From Chrysemys picta bellii (Eukaryota), in assembly GCF_011386835.1 (NCBI RefSeq), contig NC_088798.1, forward strand, positions 108,934,001 through 108,998,000: a DNA stretch of 64,000 nt, read 5' to 3'. Both the position numbers and the translations under genes were made by a program. Under the pieces are notes generated by a model. That model worked only from the letters and a program-made list of their open reading frames with translations. It did not search any database and was not told the origin of the DNA. Below, piece by piece: positions 12,928 to 24,700 of the stretch. Each line of letters begins with the position of its first letter. Position 1 is the first letter of the stretch.

Positions 12928-15777
12928 CTAAATCATCCCAGCCAGGGCTTTGTCAAGCCAGGCCTTAAAAACCTCCAAGGAAGGAGACTCCACCACCTCC
13001 CTAGGTAACGCATTCCAGTGTTTCACCACCCTCCTAGTGAAATAGTTTTTCCTGATATCCAACCTGGACCTCCCCCACTGCAACTTGAGACCATTGCTCC
13101 TTGTTCTGTCATCTGCCACCACTGAGAACAGCCAAGCTCCATCCTCTTTGGAACCCCCCTTCAGGTAGTTGAAGGCTGCTATCAAATCCCCCCTCATTCT
13201 TCTCTTCTGGAGACTAAACAATCCCAGTTCCCTCAGCCTCTCCTCATAAGTCATGTGCTCCAGACCCCTAATCATTTTTGTTGCCCTCCGCTGGACTCTT
13301 TCCAATTTTTCCACATCCTTCTTGTAGTGTGGGGCTCAAAACTGGACACAGTATTCCAGATGAGGCCTCACCAATGTCGAATAAAGGGGAACGATCACGT
13401 CCCTCGATCTGCTGGCAATGCCCCTACTTATACAGCCCAAAATGCCGTTAGCCTTCTTGGCAACAAGAGCACACTGTTGACTCATATCCAGCTTCTCGTC
13501 CACTGTGACCCCTAGGTCCTTTTCTGCAGAACTGCTACCTAGCCATTCGGTCCCTAGTCTGTAGCAGTGCATGGGATTCTTCCGTCCTAAGTGCAGGACT
13601 CTGCACTTGTCCTTGTTGAACCTCATCAGGTTTTTTTCTGCCCAATCTTCTAATTTGTCTAGGTCCCTCTGTATCCGATCCCTACCCTCTAGTGTATCTA
13701 CCACGCCTCCTAGTTTAGTGTCATCTGCAAACTTGCTGAGAGTGCAGTCCACACCATCCTCCAGATCATTAATAAAGATATTAAACAAAACCGGCCCCAG
13801 GACCGACCCTTGGGGCACTCCACTTGAAACCGGCTGCCAACTAGACATGGAGCCATTGATCACTACCCGTTGAGCCCGACGATCTAGCCAGCTTTCTATC
13901 CACCTTACAGTCCATTCATCCAGCCCATACTTCTTTAACTTGGCGGCAAGAATACTGTGGGAGACCGTATCAAAAGCTTTGCTAAAGTCAAGGAATAACA
14001 CATCCACTGCTTTCCCCTCATCCACAGAGCCAGTTATCTCATCATAGAAGGCAATTAGGTTAGTCAGGCACGACTTCCCCTTCGTGAATCCATGCTGACT
14101 GTTCCTGATCACTTTCCTCTCCTCTAAATGTTTCATAATTGATTCCTTGAGGACCTGCTCCATGATTTTTCCAGGGACTGAGGTGAGGCTGACTGGCCTG
14201 TAGTTCCCCGGATCCTCCTTCTTCCCTTTTTTAAAGATGGGCACTACATTAGCCTTTTTCCAGTCATCTGGAACCTCCCCCGATCGCCATGAGTTTTCAA
14301 AAATAATGGCTAATGGCTCTGCAATCGCATCTGCCAACTCCTTTAGCACCCTCGGATGCAGCGCATCCGGCCCCATGGACTTGTGTACGTCCAGTTTTTC
14401 TAAATAGTCTCGAACCACTTCTTTCTCCACAGAGGGCTGGTCAGCTTCTCCCCATGCTGTACTGCCCAGTGCAGCAATCTGGGAGCTGACCTTGTGCGTG
14501 AAGACAGAGGCAAAAAAATCATTGAGTACATTAGCTTTTTCCACATCCTCGGTCACTAGGTTGCCTCCCCCATTCAGTAAGGGGCCCACACTTTCCTTGA
14601 TTTTCTTCTTGTTGCTAACATACCTGAAGAAACCCTTCTTGTTACTCTTAACATCTCTTGCTAGCTGCAACTCCAAGTGTGATTTGGCCTTCCTGATTTC
14701 ACTCCTGCACGCCTGAGCAATATTTTTATACTCCTCCCTGGTCATTTGTCCAATCTTCCACTTCTTGTAAGCTTCTTTTTTGCGTTTAAGATCAGCAAGG
14801 ATTTCATTGTTTAGCCAAGCTGGTCGCCTGCCATATTTACTATTCTTTCTACACATCGAGATGGTTTGTTCCTGCAACCTCAATAAGGATTCTTTAAAAT
14901 ACAGCCAGCTCTCCTGGACCCCTTTGCCCTTCATGTTATTCTCCCAGGGGATCCTGCCCATCTGTTCCCTGAGGGAGTCAAAGTCTGCTCTTCTGAAGTC
15001 CAGGGTCCGTATTCTGCTGCTCTCCTTTCTTCCTTGTGTCAGGATCCTGAACTCGACCATCTCATGGTCACTGCCTCCCAGGTTCCCATCCACTTTTGCT
15101 TCCCCTACTAGTTCTTCTCTGTTTGTGAGTAGCAGGTCAAGAAAAGCTTTGCCCCTAGTTGGTTCCTCCAGCACTTGCACCAGGAAATTGTCCCCTACAC
15201 TATCCAAGAATTTCCTGGATTGCCTGTGCACCGCTGTATTGCTCTCCCAGCAGATATCAGGGTGATTAAAGTCTCCCATGAGAACCAGGGCCTGCGATCT
15301 AGCAACTTCTGCTAGTTGCCAGAAGAAAGCCTCGTCCACCTCATCCCCCTGGTCTGGTGGTCTATAGCAGACTCCAACCACGACATCACCCTTGTTGCTC
15401 CCACTTCTCAACTTTATCCAGAGACTCTCAGGTTTTTCTGCAGTTTCATACCGGAGCTCTGAGCAGTCATACTCCTCTCTTACATACAACGCAACTCCCC
15501 CACCTTTTCTGCCCTGCCTGTCCTTCCTGAACAGTTTATATCCATCCATGACAGTACTCCAGTCATGTGAGTTATCCCACCAAGTCTCTGTTATTCCAAT
15601 CACATCATAGTTCCCTGACTGTGCCAGGACTTCCAGTTCTCCCTGCTTGTTTCCCAGGCTTCTTGCATTTGTGTATAGGCACTTAAGATAACTCATCGAT
15701 CGTCCCTCTTTCTCAGCATGAGACAGGAGTCCTCCCCTCTTGCGCTCTCCTGCTTGTGCTTCCTCCCACGATCCCAT
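12928..15777 (-). pseudogene. CR1 ORF2p (APE endonuclease plus RT), 949 codons with one internal TGA at 13336-13338
   Basis: ORFs 13336-15777 and 12928-13314 are in the same frame. CVQF*APHY here corresponds to CVQFWAPHY in the 8.5 kb copy. Confidence 0.93.
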
Positions 15778-15821
15778 TTCCCCACTTACCTCAGGGCTTT
15801 GGTCTCCTTCCCCCGGTGAAC

Positions 15822-16829
15822 CTAGTTTAAAGCCCTCCTCACTAGGTTAGCCAGCCTGCTGGCGAAGATGCTCTTCCCTCTCTTCGTTAGGTGGAGCCCG
15901 TCTCTGCCTAGCACTCCTTCTTCTTGGAACACCATCCCATGGTCGAAGAATCCAAAGCCTTCTCTCCGACACCACCTGCGTAGCCATTCGTTGACTTCCA
16001 CGATTCGACGGTCTCTACCCCGGCCTTTTCCTTGCACAGGGAGGATGGACGAGAACACCACTTGCGCCTCAAACTCCTTTATCCTTCTTCCCAGAGCCAC
16101 GTAGTCTGCAGTGATCCGCTCAAGGTCATTCTTGGCAGTATCATTGGTGCCCACGTGGAGAAGCAGGAAGGGGTAGCGATCCGAGGGCTTGATGAGTCTC
16201 GGCAGTCTCTCCGTCACATCGTGTATCCTAGCTCCTGGCAAGCAGCAGACCTCTCGGTTTTCCCGGTCGGGGCGGCAGATAGATGACTCAGTCCCCCTGA
16301 GGAGGGAGTCCCCGACCACCACCACCCTCCTCCTCCTCTTGGGAGTGGTGGTCGTGGAACCCTCATCCCTAGGACAGTGCATCTTTTGCCTTCCAATCGG
16401 TGGAGTCTCCTTCTGCTCCCTTCCCTCAGATGGGTCATCTAGTCCACTCTCCGCATTAGTACCTGTAGAGAGAACATGGAAACGATTGCTCACCTGTATC
16501 TCCATTGCTGGTGCATGGATGCTCCTCTTTCTCCTTCTGGAGGTCACATGCTGCCAAACCTCCTCACAATCCTTCTGTCCCTGCTGCGCCTGCTCTGAAT
16601 CTTCAGAACATTGCGGCCGTAGAAGCATCTCCTGACGTCTGTCCAGGAAATCTTCATTTTCCCTTATGCAGCTCAGAGTCGATACTCGTTTCTCCAGCCC
16701 TCGAACCTTCTCCTCCAATATGGAGACCAGCTTGCACTTTGTACAGACAAAGTCGCTTCTGTCCTGTGGAAGAAAGACAAACATGGCACAACCTGTGCAG
16801 GTTACAACAGCTGATCGCTCACCTTCCAT
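15822..16829 (-). CDS. CR1 ORF1p (CxxC zinc-finger-like, coiled coil, SGNH esterase), 335 aa
   Basis: CTGC...CTKC, GDS and HVGTND motifs in an uninterrupted frame. Confidence 0.92.
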   Translation of the reverse strand: MEGERSAVVTCTGCAMFVFLPQDRSDFVCTKCKLVSILEEKVRGLEKRVSTLSCIRENEDFLDRRQEMLLRPQCSEDSEQAQQGQKDCEEVWQHVTSRRRKRSIHAPAMEIQVSNRFHVLSTGTNAESGLDDPSEGREQKETPPIGRQKMHCPRDEGSTTTTPKRRRRVVVVGDSLLRGTESSICRPDRENREVCCLPGARIHDVTERLPRLIKPSDRYPFLLLHVGTNDTAKNDLERITADYVALGRRIKEFEAQVVFSSILPVQGKGRGRDRRIVEVNEWLRRWCRREGFGFFDHGMVFQEEGVLGRDGLHLTKRGKSIFASRLANLVRRALN

Positions 16830-17110
16830 ATCACCATCCTCTTAAGAGCTTCCTCAACTGTTGCAGGAACTACTCAGAGAAACCTGCAGATTAAAGCCTC
16901 AGTGCGCTCTCCCCAAGCGAGCTCCCAGGCAAACTCCCGCTGTTAGCCTCTGCTGTTCGCCGCTCAGCTGGTTCGCTGCTGACTGCCCTTATATACCAGT
17001 CAGGCCCACTCAAGGCCCACCAACACAGCCCCCCTAATGCAGCACTTAGCGTACCTCCTCTTGGACAGCTCCCAGGCAAACTCCCGCTGTTAGCCTCTGC
17101 TGTTCGCCAC

Positions 17111-18030
17111 GTCCCAGTCACATTCATCTTTGCTGTCCTGCACCAGAAACCGGCATATTCCAGGGTCCGTGCGCCGTGTCCCTCAAGCCCCTGCCAATCT
17201 CTTTGTAAAAGCAGCTTGGAAATTCGATCTGGGCCAGGAGGGAGGGGAAGCGGCCATGTGGCACCAGTGTGCAGCCAGTAGCCCCGTGTCCATATGTTAA
17301 TGGGGACAGGGCGAGCTCCCTCAGGCAGCCCCGAACTACGGCAGCGGATAGGTCTGGGGGGATCCAGAGGAGTGGGACGAGCAGAGGCTGTGCTACATGG
17401 GGCAGGAAGGCAGCACAGATCCCATGCGGAGGGACCCCTGCACCCCTTGTGCACCAGGGAGATGATGGCTGGGGTCAGGGTACAGGTCTCTGCCGCGGAG
17501 ATCGGGAGGGATGTGGGGTCGCTGTGGGCTATGGCACAGTGGGGCTGTACATGGCCCCAGTGCTGCTGGGGGGAAGTGGTGGGATGTTCCCTTCTCCGCT
17601 CCCAAACGCAGGAGCAGCTGGGCACTGGGTAACTGTCTGGGGGCGCCGGGCTCTGCTTCTGGGCTGGGGATTCCTCCTCCCCTCTGCCCCAGGCAAAGCC
17701 CTTGAACTCTGGCTTCGCTCTTGGCTCCAGGACTTGCACCACTGAAAATACGGGGATGAGCCTGTTGACTTGTCACCGGCCCTGTGTCAGCCCAGGTCAG
17801 CGCCTGGCCGGGTCAAAGCCCCATAGTCCCTCCAGCACAGGGCCTGTGGTCGGGGGAGAAGGGTCGCCTACAGCCCCTTTCATCTCTGTACAGCAAGACT
17901 GGGAGTTGCTGAATGCTGCAATAATCAGCAAGAAACACCCCGGGCAAATGTAGGTGAGTGCTGCTTAGCATTATCATTATTAAGTATAGTAATATCGGGA
18001 GGAGGGGTCTCAGAGTCTGAGAGGAGATGG
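17111..18030. repeat. Segmental-duplication copy of the type A upstream flank
   Basis: Closely similar to 47826-48602 and 34228-34977 by visual alignment. Confidence 0.85.
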
Positions 18031-18425
18031 GTGCAGGACACGTACCGGGTGTTTGCATGTGCAGTTCTCTGAAAGGAAAGGAGATGGGGGGGAGGAGGAG
18101 GTACAATAATACCTGGGGCTGTTGTGCCTGGTCCTGCTATTGCACCTTCTATTCTCTGGCCTGGCCACACAAGAACTCTCTGCTAAGAGCTGATGTGACA
18201 CTGGAGAGCAGCGTCCGTTCCTTGGCCAGGGGAAATCCAGACAGGGAAAGAATTCAGCTGTGTGTATTCTACTGACCAAGCAGATGGAGCGAGACGGGTA
18301 CTAACAGGGGGCCACCCCCGAAATGGAGGATGAGCAGAGAATTTGTCTCCACGCATGGATCTGTTGGTGGAACGTGAAAGCAAAATGGATTTAGCTTCCT
18401 CCCAGCGCTCGGTCCCATGGAGAAC

Positions 18426-18999
18426 TCAGCATTCTCCGCCATGCTCAAAGCCAAGATTCCCGCCCCTCGCCCTACCAGGAAAGGCAGAGGTACAGAACTG
18501 ACTCAGCGCTAGATTCTTCGAGGGCAAAGAGGTCAAAACATCTGCTAAGGTCCCCATTACAGGGATGAATTAACGCTGCGCTCTTGGGCCTACCTGTGAG
18601 AAGTGAGAGTCAGACAGTTGCTACGTGGGCTACAGACTGGTCAGGAACATTTTGACGAAATGGCTTTCAATAAGGAAATGTATACATGACATTTCTTTTT
18701 GGAAAAAGAAATGGAAAAAGCGCTATCAACGCTGTCAAAATGATGAGTTCCGATTTTTCATTTAGAAATGACTTTCCATTTCGAAACTTCCTTTATTTCA
18801 TTACCACATATTTTAAAACAGTTTTTTTAAAAGGTCAAAATCAAAATGAAACATTTTGAAATTATAGAAAAAAACAAATTGTTCCTTGGGTCTAAATACC
18901 GGTGAGAATGGCCATGAACCCGAGTTCCTGCACAACTTTCTCTGTTTTTTGTGTTGATTGATGGGCTGTTTATTCCTGTACTGACACGACTGCTTTACA
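18426..18999 (-). pseudogene. Truncated relic of a divergent Kazal/SPINK gene (last 14 nt of exon 3 plus exon 4)
   Basis: 18986-18999 reads TGT AAA GCA GTC GT followed by GTCAGT. 18426-18471 follows a TAG acceptor. Spliced, this gives CKAVVARGGNLGFEHGGEC*. The flanking intron and 3' sequence are homologous to the array genes; upstream exons are absent. Confidence 0.75.
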
Positions 19000-19691
19000 T
19001 GTGTGGAGAAAGTAAATAAGGAAGTGTTATTTACTCCTTGTCATAACACAAACATTTTGTTAAGCAGTTTTGTTTTTATCAGGGGGTGTTTTGGGTTTAA
19101 GTTTAAAGGAGTTTAAGGAATGTAACATGTATCTATCCCCCCACACTCCCATTCCCCCTGTAAATTCCCTCGCTAAGCTCCCCTGTTAGCCGCTCCTGTT
19201 CGCTAGCTCGAGTCATTTCGGGGTGCCCCTTTGTACCAACCTCCCCGTTCTTTGTCTCTGGCGTCTCCCCGCTCCCAGACGCTCCCGAGTCACTGGGACA
19301 GGGCGCTGGCTTACAGCAAGCATCAGCATGGTCAGAGATCGGTCAGGCTCCCCCAGGGCAGCCCAGAAGTGAGGCAACTTCCAAACACGTGAAGAGCCAA
19401 ATGTGGCAGGTTGTTGGTCTGCTGCACAGGGCATCAGCGCAGCTCAGACCCCAGTCAGAGGGACTCCGCAGTCCCCTGTGTGCCATGGAGGAGACGGACG
19501 AACTGTGCAGCTCGTGGGTCTCTGGGGGGCGGGTGTGTGTGTGTATCGGAAGGATCAAGGGTTTATTGGTGTGTAGGGTGTGGCGCATGGCATGGATCCA
19601 CATTCCCACAAGTCCTTGACACCTCCCACCCTGACAAGTAGCCCTGGGCCCTATGTCTGGGTTGGGGATCCCATCCCCTCCAATCCCTTGG

Positions 19692-21243
19692 TGTGACGTT
19701 ATTGACATGAACTGTGACTGCATAGATCATTGTTGCAACCAAGGTCCTATCGTTGCACCAAATCTTGTACAAAGGAGGTCCATTAAGGTGTCTATGAAAA
19801 GGTTATGATGTGCTGGTTACAATTATGCTATCTGTATGCATGTATCATTTTTGTATTTGAAGTTATAAATATTGGCTCTTTACTTGTCTCTCAATGTGTT
19901 TGATTCTTATAGCACCAGTGAAGCATTTGGCCAGCTTATTGAGAAGGGACTCTTCAGATTAAGTGTCCAATCAAGAAACACTTAACTGACAATGAACCTT
20001 GGGAGACTCCAATCCACATGAGAAGTCTTCCTGGGAATGTTCAAATTAGCATGTGAGCAATGGCTGCTCTCCTGTAAAGAACCGAGTCATGCATGGACAT
20101 GTGACTTCCCCAAGTGACTCCAAACTCCATCTTGCTGCTGTGATTTTCCACACTAAGAACAAAAGGGTGTCCTTCCACATGGCAGAGGATATAAAAGGCC
20201 CTGGAAACCCCTCCATTCTGTCTTCAATCCGCTTCTAACCTCTGGGGTAACCTTGCTACAAACTGAAGCTCTGAACAAAGGACTGAATGACCCATCCCAG
20301 CTGTGGATGTTCCAGAGACTTGATTTGAACCTGCAGTTTATTCCATCACTGCTACAAGCCTGAACCAAGAACTTTGCCATTACTGTATGGAATTGATTCC
20401 ATTGAACCAGTTCTAGATCTCATCTATATTTCTTTCTTTTTATGAATAAACCTTTAGATTTTAGATTCTAAAGGATTGGCAACAGCGTGATTTGTGGGTA
20501 AAATCTGACTTGTATATTGACCTGGGTCTGGAGCTTGGTCCTTTAGGATCGGGAGAACCTTTTTAATTTTACTGGGGTATTGGTTTCCCTGGCCACACAA
20601 TAGCAGATGTAAAGGTAGCCATCTTACAGCAAAAAAACTTCAGGACCAGACTCCAAAGAGAAACTGCTGAGCTCCAGTTCATTTGCAAATTTGACACCAT
20701 CAGATCAGGATTAAACAAAGACCGTGAATGGCTATCCAACTACAGAAGCAGTTTCTCCTCCCTTGGTGTTCACACCTCAACTGCTAGCAGAGCACCTCAC
20801 CCTCCCTGATTGAACTAACCTCATTATCTCCATACTGATTTATACCTGCCTCTGGAGATTTCCATTACTTGCATCTGAAGAAGTGAGGTTCTTACCCACG
20901 AAAGCTTATGCTCCCAATACTTCTGTTAGTCTTAAAGGTGCCACAGGACCCTCTGTTGCTTTTTACAGATTCAGACTAACACGGCTACCCCTCTGATACT
21001 TGGTTTTCATAACCATTCGTCCCCATAACAAGTGGCCCTGGTGGTGATACTGGGAAATCTGGGGGAATTGCTTGTATGACTTCTAGTTATCCAGTGGGGC
21101 GAGACTGAAGTCCTCTCTGTTTGACTGGTTTGGTGCCTTAATAGTAAAGGAACCCCAGGTTTGGGCTGTGACTGGCATGCTCTAAGCAATTTGTCCTGAA
21201 TTGATACTCTCAGTTGTGTCCCGCCAGAGGCAGCCTCGTTACA
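19692..21243. mobile_element. Solo LTR with a nested Penelope fragment (about 20589-21000)
   Basis: Termini TGTGACG...CGTTACA; TTGGTTT is repeated on both sides of the nested piece; hammerhead-like motif at 20871-20911. Confidence 0.75.
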
Positions 21244-21597
21244 CCAGGCAAAGCTCTTTTACACGGGCTTTGCTCACGGTCTCGTGATCTGGGCCATGGA
21301 GAACACTCAGGTCTGGAAGGGAGTCAGATACAGGGAACATAATAATAAATAATAAAATAATAAGAACGTGTCTGGGGTTGTGTATTGATTTCTCTTGTAG
21401 GAAAAGCCATGGCAGGAGGTGATATAATACTTGCCAGTCTGTGGCTCCCTGAATGCCTGTGACTGGTTACTGCACTTTGTGTTCTCATTAACTCCGGTCT
21501 GTAAGCTGGGAAGAGCCTCTGTGAGACCCGGGAGAGCAGAGTCCTTCCTTGGAAAGGGGGAAAAAACCACAGAGGTAACGAATTCTGCTGAGTTTGC

Positions 21598-21603
21598 TTT
21601 ATT
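21598..21603 (-). terminator. PolyA signal of B3
   Basis: AATAAA in the conserved context with a T-rich downstream element. Confidence 0.75.
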
Positions 21604-21701
21604 GCACAAACAGGTGGGGAGCGATGCTCTTAGCGGCCTGGAACTGGCGGATGAGACGAGAACGGGACTCCGTGCAGGGATCTGTTAGTGGGAACTAAAT
21701 G

Positions 21702-24700
21702 CTAAAGGTCATCTTTTTCCTTGGCCTCATCGTGCGACTTGCATTCTCCATAATGCTCAAAGCAAAGACTTCCAAGGTATTCACTGGAGGGAAAGACAGA
21801 GACACAGAACTCAGGGCTGCAACCTTATGGACAACGAGAGCAAAACATCTGTCAAGGCCCCAGTATGTGACATTAACCAGAGCTTATTTGCTGACAGGAA
21901 AAATTACACTGAGGAAGTCGACCCAGCCTCTAGGAGGTAAAGACATAGGCGCAGGCAGGGCCTAGAATTACCTCACAATTGTATTTTAGTTTTTGTTAAT
22001 GGGTCGTTTATTCTGTTACTTACTAGACTGCTTGGCAAAAGAAGCATTTGTTGCCATATGTCTGGCCATCAGTGCCACAAACAGGTTCATACTGCTCGGT
22101 GCAGAATTCTGGAGGCTCCTTGTACTCACTGCAGAAACCCTACAAAGAACATTAGTATTGCTATTAGAGTTATTGTCTGCATTTCAGTGGTGCCCCAACG
22201 CCCCACTTGCCTCTGAACAGAGAGGGAGGGACACTCCCTGCCCCTGGGAGCTCGCAGTACCTACTCCTGTCTCTTGTCTCCACTGACGTTCTGATGAACC
22301 GACTCCCCAATTCCCCTCTCGCTGTCAGGAGGAGCCGAGCCCGTCTCCCTGGTGTAAGAGATGTTTCTGAACCCACAGCACATGGTGTGTGAGCGAAGGG
22401 GCATCTCCGTAGGCATCAGATGCTAATCTGACATTACCCAGGGTACAAGCTGGACTGATGAACAGCTGTGTGCCCTTTTACACTGCTTTGCTAGGAAAGC
22501 AACCACTCCTATTCCTGCTCACCCACAGCCTCCAGCATGTAAATTACTCTGAGCTGTACGGCATGAGTGCTTTGGCCGGCCACTCTTGAATTACACTGCA
22601 GGGAAACACCAGCAAACTTCCAGTCCCAGACTCTCCCCCAGAAATGTGCGTCTTGTAGTGCCCAGCACCCTCCTGGACAATACAAGCTCATATAAAGTCT
22701 GTCATTTTATTAATAGAAAATGAAATGCACAAATCCTGTTGTTTCAAATGGAGTTTTCCAAACCCTTCAATCCAAACACACTGCTTTAGATAAAACAATA
22801 AAACAAGTTTCTTATCTACAGAAAGATAGATTTTAAGTGATTACAAGTAATGAGGCATCAAAGTCAGAATTGGCTACAAGAAAATAAAAGCAAAACGCCA
22901 CTAATGCCTGACTTATCAAGCTAAGTGAATTCAAAGCAAAAGGTCTCTTTCACCAAATGCTTCAGCAGTCTTACTGGGTGTCCTTTCCACCAGGACCCCT
23001 CCCCCAGTCCCGTGTTACTTTCCTTGTCCTTCAGGTATTGGTGATGTTGTGGGCAGAGAGAAAGGGAGGAGTAACTTGGGGCGTTTGTTCCCCATTCTTA
23101 TATTTTCCCCTCTTCTTTGAGCATCATCTACAGCTGGGATTCATGCGACAGAAAGTTTGTGGGGATGGGAACCTCCAGCTGTTCCTTTGCCAACAAGTAA
23201 ATTTCTCGCTCACAACTTTTTTCCTGCCAAAGAATGGCCATGTAACCATGTTAGGGTCACTTTGATTATGTTGAGACCTGGCTGAGGTGTGAGTTTGTCT
23301 TTTGTCTCTGGTTTATAGCTGTTTCCCCAGACTGGGAACATGTCTTATAGAGCAGAATCTTATAACTTTACATACAATGTTGCCTCACAGATTTAACAGG
23401 ACAATAATAATGTTCAGCACATGATGAGTGTTCAAAGATACCTCACAAGGCATACTTTCTAAAAAAGGTATCATAATCTTGTAAAAGGGGTGAACATAGG
23501 GGTACAGACTGTCACACCCTGGTCTAAGAGATGCTTCTGAACCTGCATCATATAGAATGTGAGTGAAAGAGAATCTCCACAGGCAGCAGATGCTCATAAA
23601 TCAAAAACCTCATGCTCTTGTCACACCGTCCCCTCCTCTGCTCTGTCTCAGTTGCTCCCTGTGTCTCCCCCAGGCCCATCACAGACGGACCTGTACAATA
23701 GCGTAGGGAATCCATCCCCCTGACCCCATGGCTTACGTCTACTCAGCAGTGAGACACCCCTGGCTAGCTCCGCTCAGCTGACGTGGGCTCGGGCTGTGCA
23801 ATTGCTGTGTAGACATTCGGGCTTGGGCTGGAGCCTGAGGTTTGGTACCCCACGAGGGGGGAGAGTCCCCGAGCCTGAACATCTACACAGCCATTTTGAG
23901 CCCTGCAGCCCACGCCCCCCAAGCTCGAGTCAGCTGATCCGGTCCAGCTATGGACGGGCCTTGGGTCTTTGTTCCAGTGTAGACATACCCATGGGTTCTC
24001 AGCCCCAGAGATTCACTCTCCCCTGGCTAGGGCACTGGGTACAGTCTACTTCTGCTCTGAGTCATCAGTTCTAGCGTGTTTCTAACCCAGAGATTGTGGT
24101 CCCTGTGATGCTACAAACCAGAGACTGGGGAAAGTGACTATTAATGAACAGGGAGAGTTCGACTTACCGTACCAGCCTGGCCAGCAGCATCTGGAACAAA
24201 ACATACAGACAGAATGAGACTCTTTCAGATTCTCTCTCCCATTCTGGTGCTGGGGTTATCCATGTCCCTAGTTCTGACCAAGTCTCTCTCTTTACTTCTA
24301 CTATCTTGGTGGGGGGATCACCTGCAGAGCCCGAGAGGGCCAGTGTGATGGTGTCTGCACAGAGAATGACCGACACTGTCTCCTGGCAACTGATGGCCTG
24401 GGCCCCTCCCCTGCACAGGTGCCAACTGAAGGTGTTGGAGAACAAAGAGATCAGGTGGCCTCCTGGCCTGGGAAAGAGACAAAGGCAGAGGAGGTGCTGG
24501 AGAGTTTCAGTTGGGAGCTGGCTGGGGAATTGGAGGGAGCCCCAGGACTGGGGTCTAAGCTCCCTGCCCCCCAGAAGGACCTGACTGAGGGGTCCTGGGT
24601 GTACCTACAAGCCCTGCTTGGAACTGTGTTCCTGTTGGCCAATAAACCTTCCGTTTTACTGGCTGGCTGAGAGTCCTGGTGCATCGCAGGAAGTGGGGGT

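Larger units (their letters stand above)
12833..17108 (-). mobile_element. Full-length CR1 LINE with one nonsense codon in ORF2
   Basis: 5' UTR with a duplicated motif, ORF1, ORF2 and an (ATTCTATG)n tail. The empty homologous site is visible at 47811-47835. Confidence 0.97.

Noticed and set aside
13336-13338. In-frame TGA as selenocysteine or programmed readthrough in CR1 ORF2
   Set aside because: The sibling copy has TGG (Trp), so a simple nonsense substitution explains it.
16891-17776. Long GC-rich ORFs (127-283 aa) repeated at 34.2-34.7 kb and 47.9-48.5 kb
   Set aside because: They are copies of a duplicated upstream flank. Frames differ between copies through indels, ORFs overlap on both strands, and no domain is recognisable.
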